64,000 nt of DNA from Eledone cirrhosa (taxonomy: Eukaryota). The stretch spans positions 46,252,001 through 46,316,000 of the forward strand of contig OZ024749.1 of assembly GCA_964016885.1 (NCBI GenBank), written 5' to 3'. The position numbers and the translations under genes are program-made. Shown here piece by piece: positions 14,955-29,784 of the stretch. The notes under the pieces were generated by a model. It ran no database searches and was not told the DNA's origin. It saw nothing but the letters and a program-made list of their open reading frames with translations. Within the stretch, counting starts at the first letter, position 1, and each line of letters begins with the position of its first letter.

Positions 14955-16260
14955 AACGACAACCATATCACACATATCAACACAATACCAATATAACTTC
15001 CACCATCTCAGTACCAACTATAACTACCACAGCCCACAACACCAACAATATCTAATGCAACCACTGCACCACAACAGCAACAGCAACGACATAAACACCA
15101 CATCCAACAACATCAAAACAAACGCCACAGTCAGCAAGCCAACAACACCAAAATATCACGCCCAACTACCAAAGAACAACACTCCATCACCAACACTACC
15201 TCCAACGTACCACGTACGACCAGCACCGCCAACGCCTTATATATGATACACTAATACAAGCACCATCACCACCACCATCACACATCACTGAATCACACAC
15301 CACCACTAACGCCCCATACATCACGCACCATCGCGCATTACACCACTAACATTGCAACCACTACCATCAAAACCACCATGGCCACCACTACCACCAACAC
15401 ATCCACCGCGATCAAAACACCATCAACACGAACATCACTACAATCACTACTTTCACCACTAACACTAATACCACCACCACAATCAAAACACCATCAACAC
15501 CACCGTCTCCACAATTTCTACTACAACCACTAACACTACTACCCACACCAACTCCACTATCACCAATACCTCCACAATCATCACTAACTCCACCATCACC
15601 ACAACAACCAACTCTACAACCACCAACAACTCCACAAACACAACGACCACCACCTCAAACACAATCTCCAAACCACCACCACCAACTCCACAACCAACAA
15701 TACCTCCACAACCACCACCAACTCTACAACCACCAGTCCACAACCACCAATAACACCACAAAACACCACCACCGCCATAAACACAATCCCAAAACCACCA
15801 CCAACTCTATAACCAACAGTAGCTCCACAACCACCACCAACTCTACCACAACCACCAATACCACCACAACCACCACCAACACCGCAACCACCACCACCAC
15901 CGCTACAACCACCACCACCACCACCAACAACTCTACCACAAACACCAATACCACCACAGCCACCACCACCACCGCTACAACCACCACCACCACCTCAAAC
16001 ACAATCCCAAAACCAACCCCACCTTCACAACCAACAATACCTCCACAACCACCACCAACTCTACCACAACCACCAATACCACCACAACCACCACCAACAC
16101 CGCAACCACCACCACCACCGCTACAACCACCACCACCACCACCAACTCTACCACAACCACCAATACCACCACAACCACCACCACCACCACCACCGCTACA
16201 ACCACCACCACCACCACCACCACCTCAAACACAATCCCACAATTACCATCACCACCCCGC
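14955..16260. repeat. (ACC/ACA)-rich degenerate array with higher-order units
   Basis: Recurring cctcaaacacaatc.c.aaacc and accaactctaccacaaccaccaatacc. Confidence 0.85.
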
Positions 16261-16269
16261 CACTATAAT

Positions 16270-16460
16270 CTGTCTTGGAGACATCAGTCAGAAATCAGAT
16301 GACTTAATTATCACATCCACGGACGACGGATCAAAGCTAGAGTCAGAGAAATGGAAGTAATTCACACAGCCGACATTCGCTGTTACTATGTGCGGACTGA
16401 GACGATGTGCGATCGAATTAAGAGAGGCGGTAGGGTTTATGTAGTTCATGATAATATACA
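16270..16460 (+). pseudogene. Possible LINE APE-endonuclease remnant
   Basis: [16 protein letters not shown] resembles the DR...GGGVA.YV motif; DLIIT lies upstream in another frame. Confidence 0.3.
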
Positions 16461-16495
16461 TACATATATACACCCATACATACATACACTCATAC

Positions 16496-16526
<31 letters not shown>

Positions 16527-16685
16527 CATACATATATACAAATATACATAAATGCATGCATATACATATATATCCATACATACATACAAATCTACATCCA
16601 TACATAAATACATGCATGCATATATACATACATGAACGGGATATATACATACACATACATATATGAGTATGTGTATATAAATATA

Positions 16686-16746
<61 letters not shown>

Positions 16747-17170
16747 ATATCTATATGAACATGGGTATACATATATATATACACACACGTGCGTATTTTT
16801 ATATATCATTTCCATATATTTTATATATAATTATTTTATTTCTTCTGGACATTTTTTCCTTTATTTTTTATTTTATCTTAATATATTTTATTACTTATTT
16901 CACACGCTTGGCTTAGTTTGTTGGTCGGTTGGTTGATTGGTGGGTTGGCTGGTAGGTTGGTCTGTCGGTTGGTTTGTTAGTTGGTAAGTTAGGGGGAGAG
17001 AAATATCGTTGAATAGTGGTGGTGTTTGTGGGCTACTTTCTTGGCAGACAGGTTTGCTTGTTGGTGGGTCCATCTATTAGCTTGAAACACTCCAGTCCAA
17101 ACAAGTCTGCTTAATAAATAACACACATATGTATATATCTATCTATATGTATGTCTATCTATCTATCTAA

Positions 17171-17203
<33 letters not shown>

Positions 17204-18132
17204 AATCTATCTATCCATATATATATATATATATAGAGAGAGAGATAGAGAGAGTGAGAGAGAGAGATTTATATATATATTTGTGTGTGAGTATTAACGT
17301 ATGTATGTATTTATGTCTGTCTGTACGTGTGTTTGTATGGGCGTCAATCTTCTTGTTTGTCCATCTGTATGTGTGTCTCTGTGCCTGGCTGTACGTGTGT
17401 GTGTATGGATGTCAGTCTGATTGTCTGTCTGTTAGTGTGTCTGTCTATATCTATGTATGGACAAAATGTAATTTGGCCAATATCAGAAGTACGGTGAGAT
17501 GGGTGCTATGAAGCTATGTATAATATAATTTGCGGTGTATATAACATATGGTAAAGCCTTGTGTGGTTGAAAGTCAAAGTATGACATGTGATGTATTGTG
17601 ATTTAGTGCAAAATGTAATGCAATATTGTAATGTGGTGTTGTATAGGTCTTCGATCTCTCTCTCTCTCTTTCTATGTTCCCAGTGTCGTCCATAGAACGC
17701 ACCGCTTGGTTAAGATAGCGTCGGCCATTTAAGGGCGTAATGTTATGTAGCGGATGTTGCGGACGAATGCGTCGCTGAGACCACATACAGACAGCTTTTG
17801 TGTAGGGTATGTGTAAGGCTTTATATTTGCATGTATATAGGTTTCGTAGTACGTGCGTGTATGTATATGATGCGTTTATATGTGGTGAACATATATCTGA
17901 AGAATAATAGTTAAAGAATGTCTAGATGTGTCTGCAAATGCAAGTCTATATGTTCATAAAAAACATGTATGTGTTAGAGAGATATTATGCTTGTGTGTGT
18001 GTGTGTGTTCTTTTATTCCATATATGTAGATACATTTGTTCTTGTGATCTTCAAGCGAGAAGATATACATACAATTCATATACTCATATATGTATGTATA
18101 TATGTATATATATATATATATATATATGTATT

Positions 18133-18164
<32 letters not shown>

Positions 18165-18198
18165 TACAAATATTTGTATATATGTATATATATATATA

Positions 18199-18235
<37 letters not shown>

Positions 18236-18395
18236 GCACATATATATATATATATATAGACGTCTGTCTATATGTAAGTGGGTATGTAGATATATGTATA
18301 TGCGTTGTGTTGGTGTATCTCTGGGCGTTTTATGTATGTAAATATATATATATATATATATTTGTATGTACATGAATGTATGTTCGCGCAAGCAG

Positions 18396-18482
<87 letters not shown>

Positions 18483-18660
18483 TGCAATACATTAATATAG
18501 CCCCGTACAAATGACCTACGTTGTTGAGACTGAAGCAGTGTAGCTCACTGACCTTTGACCGAGATATTGCAGTGGGAGTGGACTCTTTACGTTTGATATT
18601 CAGATATTTTCATACAATAATACATATTATGTGTATGCTTCTGTGCGTATATACACTACG

Positions 18661-18890
<230 letters not shown>

Positions 18891-18891
18891 T

Positions 18892-18943
<52 letters not shown>

Positions 18944-18964
18944 AAGAAAGAAAAAATGGAAGAC

Positions 18965-18999
18965 AGATAGATAAATAGACAGATAGATAAATAGATAGG

Positions 19000-19079
<80 letters not shown>

Positions 19080-19142
19080 AAGATAGATAAACAGACAGAT
19101 GGATAGATAGATATATAGATATATAGATGGATAGATAGATAT
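18965..19142. repeat. (GATA)n microsatellite following (TA)n/(GA)n
   Basis: Read directly from the sequence. Confidence 0.9.
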
Positions 19143-19436
19143 GAGTGGGCAATGGTCTAGGTTTAGACAGAGCTGAACAAAGAAGAAGGCATTATGAACA
19201 ATGCGTAAAACTTGGAACTACTGGGCGTGCTACGTCGAAACAGTCGGAGGTTCTATCAAAATGTACAAAATCTTCTGGAAATTTGTTCTTGTCCTGGTGA
19301 TCTGCGATTTTATAAACACGCACGTGTACACATACATAAGTGCACACGAACGCACACATACACCCACACACCCACACACCAAACATATACATATATATAT
19401 ATATATGTATATATATTATATTATATATTATATATA

Positions 19437-19628
19437 GGGCGGTGGATTGGCAGTATCGGTAGAGTGTCGGACGCCATGCTTTGACGCATTGAGTTACGGC
19501 CCTTGCCATTCTGAGTTCAAATCCCGCTGAGGTTAACTTTGCCTTTCATCCTTACGGGGTCGATAAAATAAAGTACCAGTAATACACTAGTTATTTGCTG
19601 GCCTTGTGCCAACAATAGAAACAATTAT
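19437..19628 (+). mobile_element. Full-length SINE
   Basis: Matches the family consensus. Confidence 0.9.
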
Positions 19629-19687
19629 ATATTATATATCAATCAATCAACCTTTCATTTTGACAATATATATACATATATATATAA

Positions 19688-19753
<66 letters not shown>

Positions 19754-19776
19754 GTATATATATATGTATATATATG

Positions 19777-19826
<50 letters not shown>

Positions 19827-19878
19827 AATATATGTATATATATATCTGTATATATATATATATATGTATATATATATG

Positions 19879-19913
<35 letters not shown>

Positions 19914-19926
19914 GTATATATATATG

Positions 19927-19962
<36 letters not shown>

Positions 19963-20059
19963 GATATAGATATATATACATATATATAGATGTGTATGTG
20001 TATCTTTATTGCATCGACCTAAATATCTGATAGTTATAATTAATAATAATAATAACAGT

Positions 20060-20231
20060 AGCGATGCTGATGATGGGGATGATCATGGCGTGGATGATTA
20101 TAATGATGATGATGATGATGATGATGATGGCAATGATGCTAATGAAGACGGTGCTGACGATTTTGCTGTTGCTGATAATGCTGATGGTTATGATGATGAG
20201 AAGGATGATAATGATGATGATGATGATGGTA

Positions 20232-20276
<45 letters not shown>

Positions 20277-20285
20277 GTGGTGATG

Positions 20286-20317
<32 letters not shown>

Positions 20318-20345
20318 GATGGTGATGATGGTGATGATGACGAGG
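20060..20345. repeat. (GAT)n microsatellite
   Basis: Read directly from the sequence; the poly-D and poly-M ORFs are artefacts. Confidence 0.9.
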
Positions 20346-20925
20346 AAGAGGAGGAGAAGGATGCGGATGAAATTGCCATCAAAAGAAGAAGTAAAAATTC
20401 GTTTTTTTTTTTTTCTTTCTTAATTTCTTTTTTTGCTTTCTTTAGATTTCTTTAAATTCTTTTCTTCAAGAATCTCATCATCCCTCCTCCAACGGATTAT
20501 GATTTGACCTTTAAAGGTCAAATCCCAATTTAACGTATGAGGCTTATCAGATCTCGTCAGCCGGTGACCAGATAAGAAATATGCAATTGCCACTCTTGAT
20601 GGTTTTTGGCGCCATTTCTTTTGCCATTCTTTATAAAGTGCGGCCTGTAAGACAAGCAACAACAACAATAGCAAGGAAAATAATAACAGCTAGAGTACAA
20701 ACAACAACTGTAAAAATAGCAGAAGCAAAAATATTCTATTGTCCACTACAAAATTCGAAAACACAAGAGGTTTAGAGACATAATAGAAATGCTTTCATAT
20801 GTGTGTATGTATATATATATGGAAGTATATGGCTTATATATATATATATATATACGGAAATATATATATATATACATACATATTTATATATGTAAATATA
20901 TATGTAAATAATATATATATATATG

Positions 20926-20994
<69 letters not shown>

Positions 20995-21045
20995 ATATGT
21001 ATATATATATATATTTATATGCATATATGTATATATATATATCAT

Positions 21046-21097
<52 letters not shown>

Positions 21098-21412
21098 TTG
21101 CATTTATGTATGTATATGGTAAGGAAAGATTGATTGGACATTCCGTCCAACCAAAATAACAGGAATGGGAAAAATCCAAATGGAAATGCCATTATAGAAT
21201 CCAAGACTTCGAAACAACAATAAAGGAACAACAACAATGCAAATTGAAAAAGATTCGATCGAATGTGGCCAAAAGAACCTATTAAAAATATAGTGCAATT
21301 ACTGACAAGATTCTTGTGTTTACTTAACTTCAGAAGGAGATGTAGGTGACGAGAGAAGAGATAAGAAAACGATGATTATGTTGAAGTGTACAGAATAATT
21401 TTCTTTGTAGAT

Positions 21413-21446
<34 letters not shown>

Positions 21447-21562
21447 AGTGTGTGTGTGTGTGTGTGTGTGTGAGTGTGTGTGTACATTATATATATATGT
21501 ATTTATGTATGTATGTATGAAATATCTATCTATCCATTTGTCCATCTAATTACATGCATGAC

Positions 21563-21654
<92 letters not shown>

Positions 21655-22029
21655 AAAATATAGACAGGTAGATAGATATAACGCATAAAATAAAATTCAG
21701 GAAATCCTCTAGTAGAATCTAAGGTGAGATCGAACCTAGATGATTCCCTACAATGGGCGAACTCATGGCCGACAGACCTATTGAGATTTATAAGACATTA
21801 TCCTCTCAAACTAACTGCTATAAATATTTAACAGGTTATACAAACATGGTTACTCCTCATGTTGTACGATTATCATATACGTTCTAATACAATTTTGTAT
21901 CATATCGAGGTACTTCAATATTAAGAACTTAAGAGAAATTCCTGAGAATGACCAAAAAATATCAGAATATGTATAAATATGTGCATGTGTGTGTATGTGT
22001 GTGTGCACGTGTATGTGTGTTTGTCTTTC

Positions 22030-22220
22030 TGTCTGGGGACGTGTATAGGAGATTTCAGTGTAATATCATTTTAATGCACAACGAAAGTTTCTGTTAAAAC
22101 CCACCTCATAGCTGTAGTATTATGCTTAATATCACAGCTATGAGCAGGATTTTCACAGAAACTTTCGTTTTTGCATTAAAAGGGTATTGCACTGAAATCC
22201 CCTATACACGCCCCCAGTCA
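22030..22220. repeat. Older, imperfect inverted repeat (~90-bp arms)
   Basis: ctggggacgtgtatagga...ctcatagctgt / acagctatgag...cctatacacgcccccag. Confidence 0.9.
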
Positions 22221-22254
22221 CATATATATGTCGGCAGACCTCACAAAAATTGTA

Positions 22255-22308
22255 TATCTCTGTGATGTATTGTTTTTGATTATGCCACGAAACTACGTAG
22301 TCGAGGAA
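22255..22308 (+). ncRNA. Degenerate hammerhead remnant
   Basis: atctCTG-TGA...ccac-GAAA-ctacgtag-TC-gaggaa. Palindromic stem III and GUC site are intact; the core has a 1-nt deletion and stem II is decayed. Confidence 0.45.
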
Positions 22309-22412
22309 TTTAGAAGCAGTTTAGGTATGATACATCTTATTACTAATTATATCTAATGTTTCTTCTCTCTTCATAATGTACTTTATATATATATATAAAT
22401 ATATATATATAT

Positions 22413-22543
22413 ATTAAAATAACAGATTAAAGTTTAAGCAAAGAATCGCTGCTTTCACCTTTAACGGGATCTTCTGAAACTCTATATATTTATCCTTATC
22501 GAGCCTTCTTTGGATTTTAGTCTTCAAATTTATTATTATTACT
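22413..22543 (+). mobile_element. Unnamed (TA)n-flanked dispersed element, family C (other copies 56071-56277 +, 59945-60014 -)
   Basis: Shared termini attaaaataacagattaaagttt... and ...ggattttagtcttcaaatttattattattact in three copies. Confidence 0.75.
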
Positions 22544-22625
22544 ATATATATATATATGTGTGTATGTGTGTGTGTGTGTGGTTTATGCATGTATATATAT
22601 ATATATATACATGCATAAACCACAG

Positions 22626-22715
<90 letters not shown>

Positions 22716-22724
22716 TTATATGTG

Positions 22725-22834
22725 GAAGAGGACATCCACTTGACGAAGGTACCCCATTATGTGGAGTGGCTATGCTATGGGTTACGCTGGTTTTTTTCCA
22801 CCGCAATGCCTTCGTCGTTTTATCTGTGCGATAT
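22725..22834 (+). repeat. Dispersed ~110-bp repeat, family D (second copy 27105-27220; possible diverged reverse copy ~55957-56020)
   Basis: gaagagg.catcc...ccatta..tggagtgg.tatgct.tgggtt.cgctg..ttt..ccaccg.aatgccttcgtc.ttttatctg.gcgatat. Confidence 0.75.
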
Positions 22835-22996
22835 ATAAATTATAAATCACTACCTCGTAATACAAAGATGGCAGGAACGAATGAATGAACTAAAAACAGA
22901 AGAATGAATCAAATGGAAGATTGAGAGATAGAAGTAGAAAACATGAGAAAGATAGATACATCGAAAGTTATAGTACAAGTGTAGGTGGCTGAACTA

Positions 22997-23356
22997 TTTG
23001 TAGTGGCTATTGTGTTGCTGGCTGTGGTGGTTTGGAACGTATGTGGTTAATTTGTAGTAAAGGTTTGTAGTGGCTATTGTGTTGATGGCTGTGGTGGTTT
23101 GGAACGTATGTGGTTAATTTGTAGTAAAGGTTTGTAGTGGCTATTGTGTTGATGGCTGTGGTGGTTTGGAACGTATGTGGTTAATTTGTAGTAAAGGTTT
23201 GTAGTGGCTATTGTGTTGATGGCTGTGGTGGTTTGGAACGTATGCGGTTAATTTGTAGTAAAGGTTTTTAGTGGCTATTGTGTTGATGGCTGTGGTGAAA
23301 CCACCACAGCCATCAACACAATAGCCACTATGTGGTTAATTTGTAGTAAAGGTTTG
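22997..23356 (+). repeat. 67-bp minisatellite, ~5 units, the last disrupted by an inverted copy
   Basis: Unit starts at 22997, 23064, 23131, 23198 and ~23265. Confidence 0.95.
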
Positions 23357-24152
23357 GAAATTGTAGTTCTTGGTCTTGTTGGTGGTGACGTTGGTTTTAG
23401 TAGAGGTTGTAGTGCCATTGGAAATGGTATTGGAGTTATTTATTCTGATGGTAGTTTTTGTAGTCGTAATGTTGGTGACGTCGGTTGTGGTAGAGGTTGT
23501 AGTGCCAATAGTGGTGGTATTGGAGTTATTGTTTGTGATGGTAGTTTTTGTAGTCGTAATGTTGGTGTGGTGGTGTTTGTTATTTGTGGTAATATTGATG
23601 TTGGTGTTGTTGTTGTGGTTGGTGTTGGTAGTAGCGCTGATGATATTGGTTGTGGCATTGATTGTAGTACCAATGGTGATGGTGCCGGTGATGTTTGTTG
23701 CAAAGGTAGTCTTTGTAGTGGTAATGTTGGTGTGGTGGTGTTTGTTACTAGTGATGATGTTGATGGTGGTGTTGTTGGTAATAGTAGTGGTGTTGATGTT
23801 GGTTGTTTTACTGTTTGTAGTGCCAATAGGAGTGGTATTGGTGATGTTCTTTGTAATGGTATTCTTTTAAGTGGTAATGTTTGTGGACTTGTTACTAGTG
23901 GTAATATATATGGTGGTGGTGGTGGTAGTAGTGGTGATGATATTGGCTGTGGCATTGGTTGTAGTGGCAATGGCGGTGGTGCCGGTCATGTTTGTTGTAG
24001 TGGTAATGATTGTATCGGTAATGTTGGCGTTTTACTTGTTACTAGTGGTATTGTTGTTGATGCTGGTGTTGGCAGTGCTGGGTTGTGGGGAATTATTGGT
24101 TGTTAGGTTGGTAGTGGTTAAATTTTGTTATAATTGGGAATGTGGTGGTCGT

Positions 24153-24672
24153 CATAATAATTGTTTCTACTTTTGGCACAAGGCCAGCAATTATCTCAGT
24201 GTATTACTGGTACTCTATTTTATCGACCCTGTAAGGATAAAAGTCAAATCAACCTCGGCGGGATTTGAACTTAGATTATTGTGGTCGTCATAATAATTGT
24301 TTCTACTTTAGGCACAAGGCCAGCAATTACCCAGTGCATTACTGGTACTTTATTTTATCGACCCCGTAAGGATGAAAGGCAAAGTTAACCTCGGCGGGAT
24401 TTGAACTCAGAATGGCAAGGACCGTAACTCTATGCGTCAAAGCATGACGTCCGACCCTCTACCGATACTGCCAATCCAGTCATAATAATTGTTTCTACTT
24501 TTGGCACAAGGCCAGCAATTATCCCAGTACATTACTGGTACTTTATTTTATCGACCCCGTAAGGATGAAAGGCAAAGTAAACCTCGGCGGGATTTGAACT
24601 CAGATCGTAAAGGGACGTAACTATGCTGGAAAGCATGGCGTCCGACCTTCTACCGATACTGCCAATCCACCG
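24153..24672 (-). mobile_element. Three tandem SINE copies (24153-24275 truncated, ~24290-24477, ~24481-24672)
   Basis: Each copy is bounded by the repeated linker gtcataataat. Confidence 0.9.
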
Positions 24673-25560
24673 AGTCATAATAATGTTAGACAGGCTGGTA
24701 GGTAGATAGACAGGCAGGTGGGTAGGAAAGAAGGTTGGAAGGAAAGAAAAAATGAAGGTAGGTAGATAGGCAGGTAGGTTGGTAGGTAGGCTGGTAGGTA
24801 GGTAGTTGTGATGGCTGCTAATGATGATCGGGACGATGCTGAGCGCGGTGGACGTTTTGGGTGTGGTTGAGATTCTGGTGGTGTGTAGTTAGTTATGCGG
24901 TAGTAGTGGTGATGTTAGGTAGGTAGAGGGTAATGCATAAAATATATAGGTAGGGAGGAGGTAGGAGAATAAATGTTGATGAGTGTAGGACGGAAGATAT
25001 GTAGGTAGGTGTCAGTGGTGTGGGAGAAATGAAATTTTAGCTATATCCTTGATATCTCATCATACAGAAAATGTCACCAGTGAATGCTTCTTGATGGTTA
25101 CACAATAGCGGTAAGAGCGGCGACAAATCTCTTGAAATCCTTTTGATTTCTTTAGCACTATGTTTTGTAGCTTTGTCTCTATTCTTTCTCATTGACAGCC
25201 CGTGTCTCGAGAATGCTGCCTTCTATGGGCTGGCACTTTTGTTTTTATCTGACGTACACGGCTACGCTAGTTCGCTTATAGTGATCGCTACGATCCCCCA
25301 GAGGGTTTTGCCGGACAAAGGCAACGTCAAACATCTGAACAAAAGCAAGTTATTATAGCAATTAAAGGTGTACGTACCAGATATGATGTGTATATATGTT
25401 TATATATGTTTGGATGAATATGTATGTGTAAGTGTGGATGTACAGAATTATGTATGCTTGAGTTTGTATTTGTGTTTTTGTAAATAATGTATGTTTCTGT
25501 ATTTGCGGCTATATGTGCGTGCACACAAACGCTTACACACGCACACACAAACACAAACAT

Positions 25561-25679
<119 letters not shown>

Positions 25680-26389
25680 AGTGTGACATTTTTCTCGTGA
25701 TGGGATTGTTTATCGTAAATATATAGGTATGTGTGTGTATGTATATATATATATATATGTGTGTGTATGTGTGTGTGTGTGTGAATAAACCCATATACGT
25801 TAGTGTGTGTGTGTGCGTATGTGTGACTATGTATATACCGAAGTCCTTGTGGCAAATAAAAATAAATCATCATCATCACCAACACCAACATCATCATCAT
25901 CATCATCATCATCATTATTATTATTGTTATGATTATTGTTATTATTGTTATTATTATTGCTTATTAAAATCACTAATCATCACAGTCAACATCATCTATT
26001 TTTTTTTCATTTCTGATACACTTCTGGTTATCATTATTGTTGTTGTTGTTGTTGCTGCTGTTATTTGTTGTTAGTTTTCTTGTTTTTACAATCCTCTTTA
26101 TTATACCTATTGTATTTAGTGATGTTGGCTTTCATCACTATCGTCACACTTTTCTTCATCCTCTTCATCATCTTTCTGTTCACCATCACCATCCTCATCA
26201 CCATCACCATCACCATCATCATCAACGTTGTCATCATCATCATCATCATCATCATCATCAACATCATCATTATCGTCAACATCATTATCGCCATCATCAA
26301 CATATTACCATCATCATCATCATAATCATCATTATCATCATTATCATCATCATCATGACCATCATCATCTTCATCATTATCATCATCAT

Positions 26390-26458
<69 letters not shown>

Positions 26459-27814
26459 TATATCATCATCATCATCGATATCATCTGCAACTTCCTCATC
26501 GTCAACATATTTATTCTTATCATCATGGTCTTCATCGAGGATCTGCCCCTTCCTCCCCCTCATCATCATCATCATTAATATCATCATCATCATTAACGCT
26601 GCTAGTAGTAGTAGTACCAGTAGTAGTTAGCAATAGTAGTATTGTTAGTAGTAGTAGTTGTTGTTGTTGATGTTGTTGTTGTTTTTGAAGTCTCATATTA
26701 GTAGCTTATAATTGTTATAAAATAAAATTTTTCGTTTTCATTGTATTTAAATTTATAATGAAATGTTGTTGTTTTTGCCCTAATTTAGCTCTAATTAAAC
26801 AGGACAATAATTAATGTACTTCTAGCCATGACCTTCTCTTATATTTCGCCTCTGGAGAGAAATTCCGAGAAGAAATTTGTCGATCTAACACTTTTATTTT
26901 TAATGATCAAGTGCAGTTTAAGATCAGATTTCTAGGATATCAAATTACCATATTGACGCTCACTTGTTCGTTAATTTTATTTGATATTTATCATCATTGC
27001 AAAGAGCCCTGTGACTAGACTCACCACTTGGTGTTCGTATCAGTTGTTGTCAGGATATTTGGTGTTCACGGCCCTCGAACTCCCATTTTCTTCCTCAAAA
27101 TTACGAAGAGGTCATCCCGCATGAGGAGGGAACACCATTAGATGGAGTGGATATGCTGTGGGTTGCGCTGATTTTGTTTTTTCCACCGTAATGCCTTCGT
27201 CTTTTTTATCTGCGCGATATCTTCATATATTTTGTATTCTTTTAAGCAATTACTTGCTATTAACACTTTCGAATTCGGTTTTGAGGTTAAGAATTCTAAG
27301 ATCTTTTGAAAATGACGTAATATTTCCTTTTATATGATTTTTGTATGATTTGGTCAAGGAAAATTCCCAAACGTTACACCTCAATTGAATTGAAATTATT
27401 GCTATAAAAAATGTAGAGGAAAGAAACATGACTACTCAGACATTTTGCAGCTGATGATTAGAAAATTATTTTCAGTTTCGAAAACGAAAAATAATTAAGA
27501 ATTGTAAACATGACGAAAGTTGAAGAAAAGGGCTAAGGTTTACCCCACTATCGAAAAGGAAAACAAACACTATAAAATGAGTAGAGGCACTATAGCATAA
27601 GACAAAATACAATGTGTTTTCAGGTTACATCTCCCCATGTTCTAAGTTCAATTCCCATCAAGGTTCACTTTTTCCTTCACACTTTCGAGTGGAATAAATA
27701 AGTAATGTTGTTGGCACCTTTGAGGGTGGTGCTTGAGCATGGTCAGAGATCGAGGATAGAAACCAGTGAATGGAAATTTCTCAAAGAATTAGATGATTTT
27801 TTAACTACAAAAAG

Positions 27815-28400
27815 CGGTGCGGGTGGGTAAAATGCAGCCATTCATACTTGCTTTAGTGGAGGTAATTAGAAACACCTTGAAAAGTTTTCGCTTTTTAAGA
27901 AATTTTAACATGCTTGAAGATGACGAACATTTGCAAATTCTGAGAGGAAAGGGGTCAAGAAAATTGCCAAATTTCAAACATCAAAGACGTTGAACATATC
28001 ACTATATAAAAAGAAAAACAGGTGATGATGTAGTGAGATGAAAAACAACCATTCAGGCTTGTTTCGTCTGATGATAATTACAAATGCCTTGCGAAGTGTG
28101 AGATTTTCAAAACGTTCTAGCAAACTTGAAAATATGATGTCTCTAAGAATGCGAGTGTCATAGAAATAGTCAATCATCACGTAGCAAAGTAGTTAAAAAT
28201 TATGCAGAAGGAAATACGTGGTGGGACTAAAATCAAGAAAATCCGTCTCTTTCCTGTGAAGACAATTAAAAACTGAGGAAATATTTCTGGATGTTTAAAT
28301 GCTTTTAAATCTTGAAACATGGTAGGAGCAGATCATTTTGTTTTCACTATTTTACAGTTTAGTCAGAAACTAATGCACATGAATGTTTTTCAATCAAATG
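27815..28400 (+). pseudogene. Possible decayed Tc1/mariner-like DNA transposon fragment
   Basis: Unique, coding-like composition with a weak RGKGSRK (~RSGRP/K) remnant; no intact ORF. Confidence 0.2.
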
Positions 28401-29079
28401 AATGGATCGGGGAGGTATACGGAAATTAGAAACCTGACTCGAATCCTTGTAACATAGTGGAACTCTCGCTAATGAGACAAAGGTCAGATATTGATGTTAA
28501 ACCAGTTGATTTATTAAGAATATTACTCATGTAGGCCTCAGCATGATTTGAACTCAGGATGCAGAAATAAAACATATCGTCAAAAGCTCTACGGGTCCCA
28601 TCAATCTCAGTATTGATGCTTTTTTATTGATTACGAAAGAATACAAGGCAAAAGTTATCCCTATGATAGGCGGGATGCTCTCAGAACACAGAGAACCAGA
28701 ATAATGTGCGGTAAGGCCTTATGCCCAACACTGTAAAGATTTTAGCAATTTTCATCAGATGTATAGAAGGAGATTGATTACAGAGAGAGAATAAGTGAGA
28801 AATAGAAATTGAGAGACAGAGAGTGAGTGAGAGAGAGAGAGGAGAGGGGATAGAGAATGTGTGTGTGTGTGTGTGTGTGTGTGTTGGTGTTGGTGTGTGT
28901 GTGTGTTATCTATGCTATTTACCAAGGGAGACATTTCTTGTCAAAGCCTACGAGTTCAGAAAGAGGATCTTGGAGTATTGTGTAATATGCTGGAATTGCA
29001 TTTAACACAAATCTGCCCCTTTCAGCTCTTTATGTATATATGTGTGTGTGTGTGTGTATGTGTGTGTGTGTTATTTATT

Positions 29080-29165
<86 letters not shown>

Positions 29166-29206
29166 ATATATATATACATATATATATACATATATATGTA
29201 TGTATA

Positions 29207-29289
<83 letters not shown>

Positions 29290-29356
29290 ATATATATACA
29301 TATATATATACATATATATGTATGTATATATATGTATATATATATATATATATATG

Positions 29357-29439
<83 letters not shown>

Positions 29440-29444
29440 GTAAG

Positions 29445-29475
<31 letters not shown>

Positions 29476-29712
29476 ACAGACAGAGGGAGAGCGAATAAGA
29501 GAAAGAGAGTATTTAGTGATAAATATAAAAATAGATAGATAGATAGATAAATATGGCGGATGCAACACGGTGTAAAAATGGAATCGAAGAGGCACACATG
29601 ATACATAATCATACACATACATGTATATATATACATATAATACACACAGACCCAAACACAAATACACACACAAACACACAGGCGCAGCCACACACACGCT
29701 CATCCACACATT

Positions 29713-29784
<72 letters not shown>

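Noticed and set aside
17660-17790. Possible exon after a pyrimidine tract and cag acceptor
   Set aside because: All three frames hit stops within ~50 nt and there is no convincing donor or partner exon.
22997-23356. CRISPR-like regular repeat
   Set aside because: Units are identical head-to-tail with no unique spacers, no cas genes, and the context is eukaryotic.
23330-24106. 258-aa Gly/Cys/Val-rich ORF
   Set aside because: Degenerate (GGT/TGT/AGT) repeat, open in multiple frames, with no domain or splice support.
25080-25350. Possible RTE-LINE 3' end on the minus strand
   Set aside because: Similarity is too weak to call without a search.
27448-27490. CTGATGA...GAAA (similar cases at 28068 and 38422)
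   Set aside because: No stem I/III pairing and no UH site.
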